Source: a virus (taxonomy: Duplodnaviria > Heunggongvirae > Uroviricota > Caudoviricetes). From it: DNA of 64,000 nt. The notes under the pieces were generated by a model. The model saw only the letters and a program-made list of their open reading frames with translations. It searched no databases and had not been told where the DNA came from. This document shows positions 1-11,123 of the stretch, one piece after another. The translations under genes and the position numbers were made by a program. Numbering within the stretch: position 1 is the stretch's first letter; each line of letters begins with the position of its first letter. The stretch spans positions 189,593-253,592 of the IMG/VR virus record IMGVR_UViG_3300020577_007233. One strand, given 5' to 3'.

Positions 1-3000
1 ATCAATAACACCAAAGGATACGTTCTTATATGCTGTGTTTTGGTTAATGTCAAGCTTTGCTCTCAAAGCCCTACAATGCGAAGTATTAGCCTCTTGAGGA
101 GTAAACTCGACAAGGTTTCTTACGTTTGCATTAATCTTCTTCTGTACTGGCTTTGGAACAAGCTGGAAATTGCTATCAAACGTCTGCGTAGCAGGATCTG
201 TAATGCTTACAAAGATGTTTTGAGCAGCAGGAGGGGTCCATCCGGCTTCTGCAACTCTTGTTCTTGAAACAGTTGATGAAGTTACTGTAAATGAAGAGGC
301 AGATGGAGTAAAGGAAACAAGAGGCCTTGCCGCTCCGACCCCATAGTATGTTGACGTATTTCTAGCCTCGTCATTAAAGTCTTTCGAAACAGCAGGATGG
401 AAGTAAGAGTTAGACTGTATCTGAGGATACGTTCCAATGAGCAATTTGTTTGCGTACATTCCAATCATGTCTTCAACAATAACATCTACTTGCTGACTGT
501 TTGAGTCAACAGCAGAGGCAGCCCACTGGTCCCATGTTTTTACGCTTCCTCCTATGTATGCAAAATCCATAGAACCGAGACGAAGAGGCCATATGTTGTG
601 AGAAAAATCGCTAAACTGAGTAGATGTTGAACTGCCAACAGAAACCCACCTTAGCATGCAGATGCCTGAGTTTTCGACGTTCAGATTGTTGACAAATACA
701 GAATCTGCAATGGCCGTTCCTGTAGGAGCGGTCAAATTCCAAACAGCGTTTGTGTAGATTAGATTACTTCTGGCAACAACGTTGTTGTTTAGTATCTTGA
801 TGTTGTTTATCAATCCGCTCGTTCCTGCGAATCTCAAAACTCCACAGTTATTGCCACGACTATGTATGTTGAATCTATTGCTTGCAAAGGTAATATCGCT
901 AATAGGAGCCTTTACAATAACGCCATAATCGTAACCGCCCGTATTTATGATGTTAGAATCGAATCTAACCGCAAAGCTGTCGTCAACGTAGTTAGAACCA
1001 GAATGCAACACCGATCCGTATACCGTTACATATCTGGCGTTTTGTAGGTAAACCGAGCCAGCAGAACTGTTTGAGCCAAGTTCTCCGTTGTAACGGAAGT
1101 CGCAGAAGTTCATCGAGAACAATTCCGCCATTCCGCTTGACGATCCAAAGTGAACAATGCAATCAGTCTGATTGTGGGTTCCTATAACTTGCGTTGTATT
1201 AACCTTGCTATGATTGCATGCGTTCATAACAACGCTTTGCCCAATGAGATCAAATGTCTTGATTTTAGTTTGCTGTGACAAACATTGGTTGAAGTAAAGA
1301 CCGCTTACGAAATGCTCGGACTTCACAGCTTGATGCAAAGAAACAAACGAACACCTTGTGAAAGTAATGTTTCTAAACGACATTGAACCTTGGGCAGGAG
1401 GTTTGATTGTGCATCCAATAAGATTGGAAGTCGATGCGCTTTCTGATGTCTTACCAAAAGCCATGTCCATAAAATGAACATTAGAGGCTGTTGGAGAAAT
1501 CTCTATCAAAGATGTTGCTGATGGTCTTGAGAAGCTTCCGTCAGCCTCAATATAGGCTAGGTTTTGGTTTAGCCCCTTGAATATCACGTTAGGCTTGGTA
1601 ATTGTAACCTTAGCGCTAATCGGGAAATTAACAAGACCAAACAAGGCTCCTGATAGGAATTCAAACACAACCTTACCTTCAGGCTTGCTTGCGTTCATCC
1701 AAGATATAGCAGAAGCAAGGGTCTGGAAGGCGTTTGGATAAGCAGTTCCAGATGGGCTAAGATTGTTAGCCATTATCTGAACCTTAGTCCACTGTCCCGT
1801 CACAACTGTAGGATAGTTATTGACTACGGGGTTGGAGATAGTAACCCTCTTAACGATAGTATCGCTAGCAACGCCATTATGCCAAACCTTAAGCGTAATA
1901 GTAAATGGAGTCCCATTGTTGTTGTGATAGTAAGTATATGCGGCGTTTATGCCTCTTTGCTTGCTAGAAAGAGAGGTTGCTCTATAAGGCGATCCGTTGG
2001 CATCGCAATCATTGTTGACTCTATGATCTGAAATGTATGTTCTATTTGCTACGCTTGATGTTGGGTTTGGATCTCCAAAATCCCATTCAAATACACAGTC
2101 TTGAGGGTCAATACCGTTGAACCAAGAAGCAGATGCGTTTACATGAACAGTAAACGGAGCTTCGCCTGAAGTTTCTGATATTTCAATATGAGGAACAACT
2201 CTGTTTGAAAGATTCGTACCAAAAGTTCCGTATGCAAATGACTTGTAAGAGTTCCACCACTCTGAGCCTTCTGCCCATCTTTCGTATTCGGTGGTATTGT
2301 CTGTCGCTGCTATTGTTGCGTCAGTCCAAACAGAGTGGTTGCCAATCCATTCGGCTGTTCCAAGATCCGTTCCAGGCAAAGCTCCGTGACTGCTTCCCCA
2401 GTCCGCCCAGGCCTTGATAACAAAGAATGACTTTTCAAAATCCGGTGGGAAATTGTGTCCAGACGGAGTTTTTGCTGTACCTCTTGCGGAATTCATAATG
2501 AACTTAGAAGTAGCGTTATCCCAAGTTACAGTTACATCACCTATGTTTCTTGGGGCCGTAGGAGAGCCGGTCCACCACACTCCATAAGCTGAAGGATTAA
2601 TGGTTATCGTTGCTATCTTTGCGTTGATCCCGTTCTGTATAACAGAGCAAACATCATTCATAGAAGCAACAGCACTAAAGTTTAAGCCTGTAACCATAAC
2701 AGGGAAACAATCAACCCCAAGAACGAAGCAACCATTAGTAATCGCTTGCCACTGAGGAATCGTTTTTACTGCCGTTGGAGTAAATCTATGATTAGTGTAA
2801 CGGGTGCTTGCTCTAACTCCATACCACATAATAGCACCATCTGCTTCGGATTCGAAACATTGTCTATTAAGTCTTTGTGCAAGAGTGCCTTTATGGACCA
2901 TTCCTGTCAAAGGATTCAGTGCCCCTGCTTCAAAGAAGGTTGGCATAACGAAGGGGTATATTGGTCTGTTATGACCGTAAACCTCTATGATTTTAGTCAT

Positions 3001-6000
3001 AGCTCCCTTGATTGCATCTGCTTCTTGAATGTCTGCGGCATTCCAACCGCCGTATTGTGGATAGAATGATGGAGCGTAAAAGTCGTTGTAATCTTCAAAT
3101 GGAGTTGTTACATACGTTCCGTTTGAATATCTCTGGTTCGTCCTAACCAAACTGTTTGCAAACTGAGCGCCCGCCGTTGCGTGAGCGGCGTATGTAACAG
3201 GATCTGCCCAATAAAGAGCGCCGTAATAAGTGTTTGCAGCAAAAGGAGTTCCGTAGTAACCAACCCTAACATCAGTTCTGCCTAGTGCGGCTAATTGAGC
3301 CTTTGTTCTATTGTATAGGCTTCTAAACTGCTCTAGATTTGCGTCCGCCTGTGCTTCTGAAACTCCAAAAGACCAAACAGCAGTAGTTGTAACATTGCAG
3401 TAATCACCCTCAACGTCCCAAACAAACAGAGTACAATTCTGTGAAAGGCATTGTGCTATATGAGCAGCTATGTAGCTATCAGTAAATTGCGCCCACCCCT
3501 CTCCTGTGTAAGCAGTATATGCCCTATCAATATTGTTGACAGCCTTCATTTCCGTAAACGTAGGCTTACCAGTCCAGTTATTTATGCTCTCTGTAATGTA
3601 TAGAGATCTTTCTTTCGAGTATTTGTGAGCCAAAGCCATAGACGAATACGCATGGAACCAATTCGTGTTTATTACCCATCCGTTGTTGAATTCGTCGGAG
3701 TTGAAATCTGCGCCAGAGTAGTAGTTACTATCATACTCTTGGTCAGTGTATGTATAGGTTCCAATCCAGTCGGCGGTTCCAATGTCGGTAGCTCCGCCAG
3801 GAAGCGATGCTGAAGCTGTGTAAGTAAAGCAGTACGCATGCTCTCTTCCGTTATAGGAGTTGAAATCAGGAGGACACACCAAAGAGGGATCAGTGTAAGA
3901 AATTTCAAAACACGGAACTCTTGAGTATGAATTTGGAGAGTTGTTAGAAGTGTCAGAGTTGTAGTTTACAACAACTGTTCCGAGTTGATATGGAACCGAA
4001 AAAACCAAGCCTGGAATGGTTGTTGCTGGGCTTCCATAGTAAAACGTATTCAAATAGTACAAATCATCGTTGAAAGCTTTTTCAATGATATTTGCAACGC
4101 TTGTTGACTCGCTCCCTCCAACACTTGTTGCCGAAGAGAAATTAACGCCCGTAACTGAGTGACGAAGGCCACCGGCAGAATAAGAAAAACATCCATTCGT
4201 TATTGTCTGCCAGTCAGACAAACTCTTGGTCGGAACAGAGGGAGGACCGCCAGATGCAGTCATAAAATGTCTTTGTCTTGCCCCTCTGTAGCTAGGACGA
4301 TAAGCCGTCCAAAGAACGCATCCGTCAGCAATCCTTTTGACCCAAGAAACTGTTTTTCTCATGTAATTGCCAGAAACAACCTTACCATTCCAGGCGGACG
4401 AAGGATGAAAAGCTGATTCAATGAAAACATACAAAGGCTTATTACCAGCAACATATCTTACTGCTTGCAAAATGTTCTCTTTGAAATACGCATCATCATA
4501 AATGTCGTTTTCGCCGTAGAACGGATAAACTTCACAAGTAACGAAGTCTGCGTTATCAGAAAACTTCTTAGTTATGTAACTGCTTCCAGATTTTCTTAGG
4601 TTTATTCTTCTGTACTTGTTCTGCCAAGTATCGTAGTCAGTCAACTCAGTAGAGTTGTTGCCCCTTGTGTAATGATACATAACAGGATCATAGTAAGACT
4701 TAAACGAAGGTGTTAGGTAGAATCCAACTTTAACATCTGTTATCCCTCTTGCTGCAAGAAGTTCTTTTGTTCGATTGTACGCCAGAATATAAGACTCTAG
4801 CATGTTATCAATAATAGTGTCGCTGTACTGTGTATTGTCCATGAAAGAGATGTACAACTCTAAGTCGTAGCAGTAATATTTTGACTGACTATCGCCCAGA
4901 GATGGATCAAGATATGTTGAAATCAGCGAGTTAATCGCTGCGTCATTTACAGTCAATGTTCCTGCGGAAAGTATGGGAACAAGAACGGCTGGATCGTATG
5001 AGGTAACTGTAAAAGGACTAAAGCCTCCGCCAACATTCATGAACTCAAGACCGTAGGTATTTCTGAATGTCGTTACATTTGGCTGTCCTGACATTGCCGA
5101 CCAATAGAAAAACTTGAAGTCCTTAATGTCTGCGGTCAAGAGAGACTGTTCGCTGAAAACGGTCCACCAGCTTTGATTCTCTGCATACTCTTCCCACTCT
5201 CTTTGAGAACTAGAATTAGTGTAAACCCATTGCTTATTAGCAGGAGCAGAAGCATTGTTTACTGTAATGTCTCCAATAAACTGAGAGACAGCCAAATCAG
5301 TACCAGCAACGCTTGAGTTCCAGTCGTTTTTGCTTGATATAGTAAAAGCGCTTCCTTGGTAATTTCTGTGAAGATACGGAGGTTGAGGCGTTGCTGCTCC
5401 GTTTGTTGTCATAGAAAACAAGAAGCTTTTCTGAGTTGCGTTCCATGTAACGGTAACAGTTCCAAGAGGAAGCGGATACACTCCATCAAACGTGCCAGCC
5501 AAACCTGCGGATATCTTCGACTGTATTGCGCTCTGAAGAGTTGATGCAACGGCAGTCATGCTAAGAGCAGCAGAAGTGTTGATGCCGGTTATCTTGTACC
5601 TAACGCCAGCTATGGATAGACTGAAAGAACCGCTAGAAATAGTTCTCCAAGAAGCCAAATCAGCAGCCTCGTTAGCGCCGGATGGTCTCCATCTAAAATT
5701 GCCGTATTTGTAACTAGACCCAAGCCCGCCCTTAAGAACGACGCCATCAGAATATGTCTTGAACAAAGAAATGGCTTCAGTCATGTGATTTGAAGATATT
5801 GGAACACCAATATAGTATGAAGAAGCATCGTAAGTTGAGGCAAACGAGGCATAAAGAGGCTTTCCTCCTGCAACTCTTGATCTCATTTCCTGCAACGTTC
5901 TTCTTGCGAAAAGTTTCCATTCAGAAACTGCTGTTGAGGAAGTTCCTGAAACTCCATTTACTTTGGGACAAATGAAGTCAAAACTGGCACTAAAAGGAGT

Positions 6001-6498
6001 TGTTACAAAAACGCCGTTTATCTTTCGCTTGTTAAGTCTATCCATCCAGGCCGTCCAACTTTGGAAATTCTGAAGATATGTTGGATTGGCTGGACTTTGC
6101 TCATACTGAAGGGGAGTGCTATAGCTGCTTGAAAATCCGCCTGGGATGTCGTCAAAGCCAACAAATAGGTCTGAACGACCTCTTGCGTTAGCTCTTGCCT
6201 TACTTTGATCGTATACGCTCTTTATGGCATCTAGAATAGCATCAATCTCTACGTCCGTTATGCCTGCTCTTGCCATTTCGAGATTTGAGCCAGTTTCATT
6301 CCACGCTATAGCGTCATAGCCGCCATCTATGCACGCATCAACTAGCTGATTGATTTTTGTTGTATCAATCGCAAGACTTGTTGTATTTACAAAGGCTCCG
6401 CTTGCTGGGTAAACGGAGAAAAGATTGAAGGCCGAACGGAATTGCGATACACTAGGCTGTCCTAGAAATCCCATTGACTGGAAGAACTTAAACGACAT
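1..6498 (-). CDS. Giant virion structural protein (tail fiber/tailspike-like), N-terminal part only; continues past the window start
   Basis: Hand translation of the minus strand from the ATG at 6498 (RBS GGGAG 10 nt upstream) gives an open frame of more than 2100 aa with no stop before position 1. The ORF track omits it because it has no in-window stop. It contains right-handed beta-helix-like repeats (...NIKILNNNVVARSNLIYTNAVWNLTAPTG...). It also has an internal duplication of a module of about 350 aa (LESYILAYNRTKELLAARGITDVKVGFYLTP and LEQFRSLYNRTKAQLAALGRTDVRVGYYGTP). Confidence 0.7.
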   Translation of the reverse strand, partial: MSFKFFQSMGFLGQPSVSQFRSAFNLFSVYPASGAFVNTTSLAIDTTKINQLVDACIDGGYDAIAWNETGSNLEMARAGITDVEIDAILDAIKSVYDQSKARANARGRSDLFVGFDDIPGGFSSSYSTPLQYEQSPANPTYLQNFQSWTAWMDRLNKRKINGVFVTTPFSASFDFICPKVNGVSGTSSTAVSEWKLFARRTLQEMRSRVAGGKPLYASFASTYDASSYYIGVPISSNHMTEAISLFKTYSDGVVLKGGLGSSYKYGNFRWRPSGANEAADLASWRTISSGSFSLSIAGVRYKITGINTSAALSMTAVASTLQSAIQSKISAGLAGTFDGVYPLPLGTVTVTWNATQKSFLFSMTTNGAATPQPPYLHRNYQGSAFTISSKNDWNSSVAGTDLAVSQFIGDITVNNASAPANKQWVYTNSSSQREWEEYAENQSWWTVFSEQSLLTADIKDFKFFYWSAMSGQPNVTTFRNTYGLEFMNVGGGFSPFTVTSYDPAVLVPILSAGTLTVNDAAINSLISTYLDPSLGDSQSKYYCYDLELYISFMDNTQYSDTIIDNMLESYILAYNRTKELLAARGITDVKVGFYLTPSFKSYYDPVMYHYTRGNNSTELTDYDTWQNKYRRINLRKSGSSYITKKFSDNADFVTCEVYPFYGENDIYDDAYFKENILQAVRYVAGNKPLYVFIESAFHPSSAWNGKVVSGNYMRKTVSWVKRIADGCVLWTAYRPSYRGARQRHFMTASGGPPSVPTKSLSDWQTITNGCFSYSAGGLRHSVTGVNFSSATSVGGSESTSVANIIEKAFNDDLYYLNTFYYGSPATTIPGLVFSVPYQLGTVVVNYNSDTSNNSPNSYSRVPCFEISYTDPSLVCPPDFNSYNGREHAYCFTYTASASLPGGATDIGTADWIGTYTYTDQEYDSNYYSGADFNSDEFNNGWVINTNWFHAYSSMALAHKYSKERSLYITESINNWTGKPTFTEMKAVNNIDRAYTAYTGEGWAQFTDSYIAAHIAQCLSQNCTLFVWDVEGDYCNVTTTAVWSFGVSEAQADANLEQFRSLYNRTKAQLAALGRTDVRVGYYGTPFAANTYYGALYWADPVTYAAHATAGAQFANSLVRTNQRYSNGTYVTTPFEDYNDFYAPSFYPQYGGWNAADIQEADAIKGAMTKIIEVYGHNRPIYPFVMPTFFEAGALNPLTGMVHKGTLAQRLNRQCFESEADGAIMWYGVRASTRYTNHRFTPTAVKTIPQWQAITNGCFVLGVDCFPVMVTGLNFSAVASMNDVCSVIQNGINAKIATITINPSAYGVWWTGSPTAPRNIGDVTVTWDNATSKFIMNSARGTAKTPSGHNFPPDFEKSFFVIKAWADWGSSHGALPGTDLGTAEWIGNHSVWTDATIAATDNTTEYERWAEGSEWWNSYKSFAYGTFGTNLSNRVVPHIEISETSGEAPFTVHVNASASWFNGIDPQDCVFEWDFGDPNPTSSVANRTYISDHRVNNDCDANGSPYRATSLSSKQRGINAAYTYYHNNNGTPFTITLKVWHNGVASDTIVKRVTISNPVVNNYPTVVTGQWTKVQIMANNLSPSGTAYPNAFQTLASAISWMNASKPEGKVVFEFLSGALFGLVNFPISAKVTITKPNVIFKGLNQNLAYIEADGSFSRPSATSLIEISPTASNVHFMDMAFGKTSESASTSNLIGCTIKPPAQGSMSFRNITFTRCSFVSLHQAVKSEHFVSGLYFNQCLSQQTKIKTFDLIGQSVVMNACNHSKVNTTQVIGTHNQTDCIVHFGSSSGMAELFSMNFCDFRYNGELGSNSSAGSVYLQNARYVTVYGSVLHSGSNYVDDSFAVRFDSNIINTGGYDYGVIVKAPISDITFASNRFNIHSRGNNCGVLRFAGTSGLINNIKILNNNVVARSNLIYTNAVWNLTAPTGTAIADSVFVNNLNVENSGICMLRWVSVGSSTSTQFSDFSHNIWPLRLGSMDFAYIGGSVKTWDQWAASAVDSNSQQVDVIVEDMIGMYANKLLIGTYPQIQSNSYFHPAVSKDFNDEARNTSTYYGVGAARPLVSFTPSASSFTVTSSTVSRTRVAEAGWTPPAAQNIFVSITDPATQTFDSNFQLVPKPVQKKINANVRNLVEFTPQEANTSHCRALRAKLDINQNTAYKNVSFGVID

Positions 6499-6622
6499 AT
6501 CCTTTTCACTCCCACTCACGTTGGTTTTTATATGTGAGGATGGTATAAAACAATAATACCATAGATTACTCTATGGTACTATCGGATTTACCAATCTCCT
6601 CTATGTACTCAGCAAAATCGAA

Positions 6623-7093
6623 TCAATTACCAGAAGAACCAAAACCACCAATTCCTCTAGCCGTTTGACCCAACTCGGCAACTTCAATAAGTGTTGCCTC
6701 AACAGTTTGAGAAACCACAAGCTGAGCTATTTTGTCGCCCTTCTTGTATTTCTTCAACGGAACAGGAAGAGTTGCAAAAACAGTTCCTGTCTTATCCTGA
6801 TTGAATCTTAATGCTGGCTTAAACCTCACCAGAAGCTCTCCTCGGTATCCGTTATCAACAAGACCAACACTGTTCGCTAGCACTAGGTCGTATTTGCTGA
6901 TACTTGAACGAGGCCAAATTTCAGTGTTGTAACCCTTTGGTGGCTCAATACTAAGACCTGTCTTGTACTGTATGAAACCTTCTTGATCAACAACACCGTC
7001 GTCAATAGCAACAAGATCAAATCCTGCGTCAGAGACATTAGCTTTTTGAGGAATTACCGCTTCAGATGAAAGTTTTTTTACCGAAATATGCAT
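6623..7093 (-). CDS. dut: dUTP diphosphatase (dUTPase)
   Basis: 156 aa carrying the dUTPase motifs AGFDL, GLVDNGYRGEL and a C-terminal RGIGGFGSSG. Confidence 0.85.
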   Translation of the reverse strand: MHISVKKLSSEAVIPQKANVSDAGFDLVAIDDGVVDQEGFIQYKTGLSIEPPKGYNTEIWPRSSISKYDLVLANSVGLVDNGYRGELLVRFKPALRFNQDKTGTVFATLPVPLKKYKKGDKIAQLVVSQTVEATLIEVAELGQTARGIGGFGSSGN

Positions 7094-7102
7094 TGCATCT
7101 CC

Positions 7103-9610
7103 TTATGAACACTTACTGCTTCCACAGTCTTTACACGTTGCACAGCCTTCTTGTCGGATAACATTTACGCTACCGCAAGCCTCGCAAGAATATCCTGTAA
7201 CCTTTGTTCCGTCTTTGATGTATTTCTTGAGAACCCTGGCCATAGCCTTACCAAAATTAGTCATGTCGCCAGGACTCTTCTCAAGTTGATCAACAACAAA
7301 GGTAATATCTGAGCCGTGTCTAAGCGATAGACTAATCATTCTAGTTATTACCGCCTGCTCGTCGGTAAGTAAGTCGCAAATATCCTTAACGGTCGTTCCG
7401 TCTTCTGCGTCAAGAACGTAGTGACCTCTTTGGTGCTTGCTGATCTTACCTTTCTTTGCGTGAGTTATGCAACCGTTGCGACCAGCAAAGACTTCATAAG
7501 GATGACCGTCAAGAAGGCCGACGATAACAAAGAAATCTTCTCCCTTAGACTTTGTGTGGTGAATGTCGCATTCAAGGGTTTTGGGCCTCTTGGGAGCGGT
7601 TGTCTTTTGCAAGCTTGCTTTCTTTTCAGAATCAGTTGCAACAAGAACACCATCTCTGCATCCGTCTCTGTAGACAGTAAAACCCTTGCATCCTTGTTCC
7701 CAAGCTCTCATGTAGACTTCTGCAATGACTTCCTTCGGGCAGTCCTTGGGAACGTTGCATGTCTTGCTTATAGCATGGTCTATCCACTTCTGAGCAGCAG
7801 CTTGAATATCAACGCTAGCTACCCAGTCAACATCGTTTGATGTTGCCTTGTAGTATGGAGAGTCCTTATAGAAAGGCAAATCGTCAATGCTCTTTGGGGG
7901 AGCGTTTTCGTCTATCTTGTGACCGTTTGCTTCCATCCAAGTCTTGAAGTGATGATGGAAGACTGGGTAGCATTGCCACTTATCTCCAAGTTCATCAACC
8001 CTATCAACCCTTGTGTAGTGATCGTTAGGATTGATCTTCTTCCAACGGAGATAGAAAATCAAGAATGCAGGCTCAACGCCAGACGTTGTTTGGGTTTGAG
8101 TTGAAACGGAACCCGTTGGAGCGGTTGTTGTGTTTGCGATGTTTCTGCGACCGTACTTCTTGTAAAGCTCATAAACATCAGGTGCTGCATTCCAAATTCT
8201 TTCAAGAAATGGGTGGTTCTTTTCAAGATTAGCATTCCATATAGGGAACGCTCCTCTTTCCTTAGCCATAACACAAGAAGAACGATAAGACCCAATAGCA
8301 AGAGCCTTGTAGATTTGCTCGGTCAGAACGATAGACTCCTTAGAGCCGTAACGAACATTTAGAGCAGCGATAGCGTCTCCAAGAGCCGTAATTCCAAGAC
8401 CTGTTCTTCTTCCATTGATGCAAGCTGTTTTGATGTTGTTCCAAAGCTTTCGCTCAGCATACTTGGCGTCATCGCTTTCTGGATCTGAATCAATCTTTGC
8501 AAGAATCTTATCAATCTGCTCAATTTCAATATCAATCATGTCGTCCATGAGTCTTTGAGCGATACCAGAAATCTTCTCCATCTTCTCAAAGTCAAAGCGA
8601 GCTTTGCTTGTAAACGGATCTGTAACAAATGAGAACAGATTCACGCAAAGAAGCCTACAAGAGTCGTATGCGCTGAGAATAATTTCTCCGCAAGGATTGG
8701 TCGCAATGCTTTCGTATCCGAAATCCTTATAGATGTCGGATGGAGTGTATTTCTGAGCGGTGTCCCAAAAAAGAAGTCCTGGCTCTGCGCTTTGCCAAGC
8801 TGCCTCAATAATCTCTTTCCATAGCTCTCTTGCGTCAACCATTTGACGCATCTTTGCGTTTTCTTCACTAACCGGCCAACGCAATTCGACTTCTGTTCCG
8901 TTCTTAACAGCTTTCATGAATTCATCTGTTAGACGAATGGAGATATTAGCGCCTGTAACTCTCTTGCGGTCTTTCTTGATGTTTATGAACGTTCTAATTT
9001 CTGGATGATGGCACGAAATAGTCAACATCAAAGCGCCTCTGCGACCATTCTGTGCAACTTCTCGACAGGTGTTGGAGAAGCGATCCATAAAAACGCCTAT
9101 ACCATCAGTGGTTCTTGCGGCGTTTTTTGTTTCAAGACCTCTTGGGCGGATATGGCTTATGTCAAAACCAACGCCACCGCGTCTCTTCATAATCTGTGCT
9201 TGTTCTTGATCTGTCTTCATAATTCCGCCGTAGCTATCTTCCGGCGAAGGAATAACAAAGCAGTTGGAACACGATTGAACTTGGAACGGATTTCCAACAG
9301 CGCTCATTGGAGAGCCTTGCGGAATAATCCAATTGTAGTGTTCAAAGTAATCAAAAATCTCTTCTTCAGAGATTGGGTTTGGATAGTTCTTTTCAATCCT
9401 TGCAAACTCAGCAGCTAGTCTTCTGTGCATGTCAGAAGGAGTTGCTTCAATAATCCTGTTCTTGTTATCTCTCAATGCATACTTGCTAACAAACACTGAA
9501 GCCGCCAAATCATCTCCGTTGAAGTATTTAAGCGATCTTTGTAGTGCATCTTCTTCCGAATAGAAAACCGTTGACATCTGTTGTTCTCTCCCTTTTTCCG
9601 TAATTAACAT
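7103..9610 (-). CDS. Ribonucleotide reductase large subunit with C-terminal Cys4 zinc ribbon (class II NrdJ-like or class I alpha)
   Basis: 835 aa with the active-site NPCGEI motif of NrdA/NrdJ-type enzymes. The C-terminus is a zinc ribbon (CEACGS...CATCKDCGSSKC). No small-subunit gene is visible in the window. Confidence 0.75.
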   Translation of the reverse strand: MLITEKGREQQMSTVFYSEEDALQRSLKYFNGDDLAASVFVSKYALRDNKNRIIEATPSDMHRRLAAEFARIEKNYPNPISEEEIFDYFEHYNWIIPQGSPMSAVGNPFQVQSCSNCFVIPSPEDSYGGIMKTDQEQAQIMKRRGGVGFDISHIRPRGLETKNAARTTDGIGVFMDRFSNTCREVAQNGRRGALMLTISCHHPEIRTFINIKKDRKRVTGANISIRLTDEFMKAVKNGTEVELRWPVSEENAKMRQMVDARELWKEIIEAAWQSAEPGLLFWDTAQKYTPSDIYKDFGYESIATNPCGEIILSAYDSCRLLCVNLFSFVTDPFTSKARFDFEKMEKISGIAQRLMDDMIDIEIEQIDKILAKIDSDPESDDAKYAERKLWNNIKTACINGRRTGLGITALGDAIAALNVRYGSKESIVLTEQIYKALAIGSYRSSCVMAKERGAFPIWNANLEKNHPFLERIWNAAPDVYELYKKYGRRNIANTTTAPTGSVSTQTQTTSGVEPAFLIFYLRWKKINPNDHYTRVDRVDELGDKWQCYPVFHHHFKTWMEANGHKIDENAPPKSIDDLPFYKDSPYYKATSNDVDWVASVDIQAAAQKWIDHAISKTCNVPKDCPKEVIAEVYMRAWEQGCKGFTVYRDGCRDGVLVATDSEKKASLQKTTAPKRPKTLECDIHHTKSKGEDFFVIVGLLDGHPYEVFAGRNGCITHAKKGKISKHQRGHYVLDAEDGTTVKDICDLLTDEQAVITRMISLSLRHGSDITFVVDQLEKSPGDMTNFGKAMARVLKKYIKDGTKVTGYSCEACGSVNVIRQEGCATCKDCGSSKCS

Positions 9611-9720
9611 TCATTCTTCCTTTACTGTTTCAAATTGCGTAAACCATAATTTCAGCAACAAAGAATCGCTTCCTTCTATAGAAGTTATGAAAATCGTTTT
9701 TGATTCTTGACATCTCAACT

Positions 9721-11076
9721 TTACAGCATATCTTCGCTGTCTTCGATGAAATCTTCTAGAGATGGAGAAGGAGCTTCTTGCCCAAAACCAAGGGGTTTTT
9801 TCTTACTTTGAGTTTCCATATACGATGAATAATCTTTGTCTTTCACTTCTTTAATTGCTTCTGTAAAGTGAGACTTTTTAAGAAGGAGTTTTCCTTCTCT
9901 GTTAGAGTCTTCTTTTACAGCAAACAAAGCAGACGTTGTACAAAGATCTCGAATATGAGCGCCAGTTAGTCCCTTAAGGGACGTAGACAATTTCTTCAGA
10001 TCCACGCTTTCGTCAATAACAAATCTGTTTGTGAATCTGAGAATCATCTTCTCAATTTCTTTTTCTGCTGGCTTGTTTACTTTGATGATTCTATCAAACC
10101 TACCCGGACGATTCTTGACTGCGACTTCGAGATCTTTCAAGCAGTTTGTCGTTCCAAGGGTTATGATATCGCCAAAACTCTCGATACCATCAAGTTGATT
10201 CATAAGTTCCATAACAAAGGATGCGTTTCCGCTTGAGCGGTCAAGAGCAATCCAATCAATGTCTTCAATTATCAGAAGACAAGGCGCTAGGTCTTTTGCC
10301 ATTGAACAAACCTGCTTGATGCCTGTTATTCTGGTAAAATCAGAAGGAAGAGCGTACAAAACTGAACAGTCAAGGTCTTTTGCCAAGCACTTGCAAAGAT
10401 TCGTTTTGCCGACTCCTGGCTCTCCGTGAAGAATCACGCCCCTCTTGATGGAAAGGCCGTATGCTCTAAGTTTATCCCTGAGACTAAAGCTATCATTTAT
10501 GTTTGCTTTTACAACATCAATAACAGCTTTTGGCAGAATGACATCTTCCCAAGTAACATTGTCAAGCTCTAAAAACCTACAGTCGCAATCAATCTTCTTC
10601 CCTTTGTAAAGGTTATTCTCTGAAGCATACTTAAGAAGGTCTTGAAAAAGATTACCCTCTTTCTCTGTTGTTTGTATGCTGTAGTAAAACCCTCCTCTAG
10701 GGCCTTGGGTTATGGTGATGACCATTTTATTTTGGTCATTCACATAATAAAGAGTTGCAGACTTGTACCCCTTGATATATTTCTTGGGTTCAACTTCAAT
10801 ATCCATGAGGGTAGGAGGAACTTCGTTTAGATAACCATAGTCTGTGGCTTTTTGAAGCTTCCAGCCTCGGTCATTGAAGAAACGCTCCCAAACATATTGG
10901 AGCTTTCTGTGGGTATAGTGATCTGCCGCCTCAGAATCGCTTAGAGTTCTTTCAGCTTTGCTGAAAAACTCATCTAGGTGAAATTCTCTGAGCGAATCTG
11001 AATCAGCGGACATCAACGCTTGCGCGTAGTCGTGCAAGGTTGCGTCTTTGAGCTTTATTTTTTGGAGATCTGCCAT
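9721..11076 (-). CDS. Classical AAA+ ATPase with N-terminal domain
   Basis: Walker A GEPGVGKTN and Walker B LLIIEDID. A second region of homology (TNCLKDLEVAVKNRPGRFDR) is typical of FtsH/Cdc48-type AAA proteins. Confidence 0.8.
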   Translation of the reverse strand: MADLQKIKLKDATLHDYAQALMSADSDSLREFHLDEFFSKAERTLSDSEAADHYTHRKLQYVWERFFNDRGWKLQKATDYGYLNEVPPTLMDIEVEPKKYIKGYKSATLYYVNDQNKMVITITQGPRGGFYYSIQTTEKEGNLFQDLLKYASENNLYKGKKIDCDCRFLELDNVTWEDVILPKAVIDVVKANINDSFSLRDKLRAYGLSIKRGVILHGEPGVGKTNLCKCLAKDLDCSVLYALPSDFTRITGIKQVCSMAKDLAPCLLIIEDIDWIALDRSSGNASFVMELMNQLDGIESFGDIITLGTTNCLKDLEVAVKNRPGRFDRIIKVNKPAEKEIEKMILRFTNRFVIDESVDLKKLSTSLKGLTGAHIRDLCTTSALFAVKEDSNREGKLLLKKSHFTEAIKEVKDKDYSSYMETQSKKKPLGFGQEAPSPSLEDFIEDSEDML

Positions 11077-11123
11077 GCTACCATATCGGCAGTATGGCTA
11101 AAAAGAATTGACCTAATTCACAG

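Noticed and set aside
7421-9418. Plus-strand and minus-strand ORFs nested inside the ribonucleotide reductase gene.
   Set aside because: They lie fully inside a well-supported 835-aa CDS.
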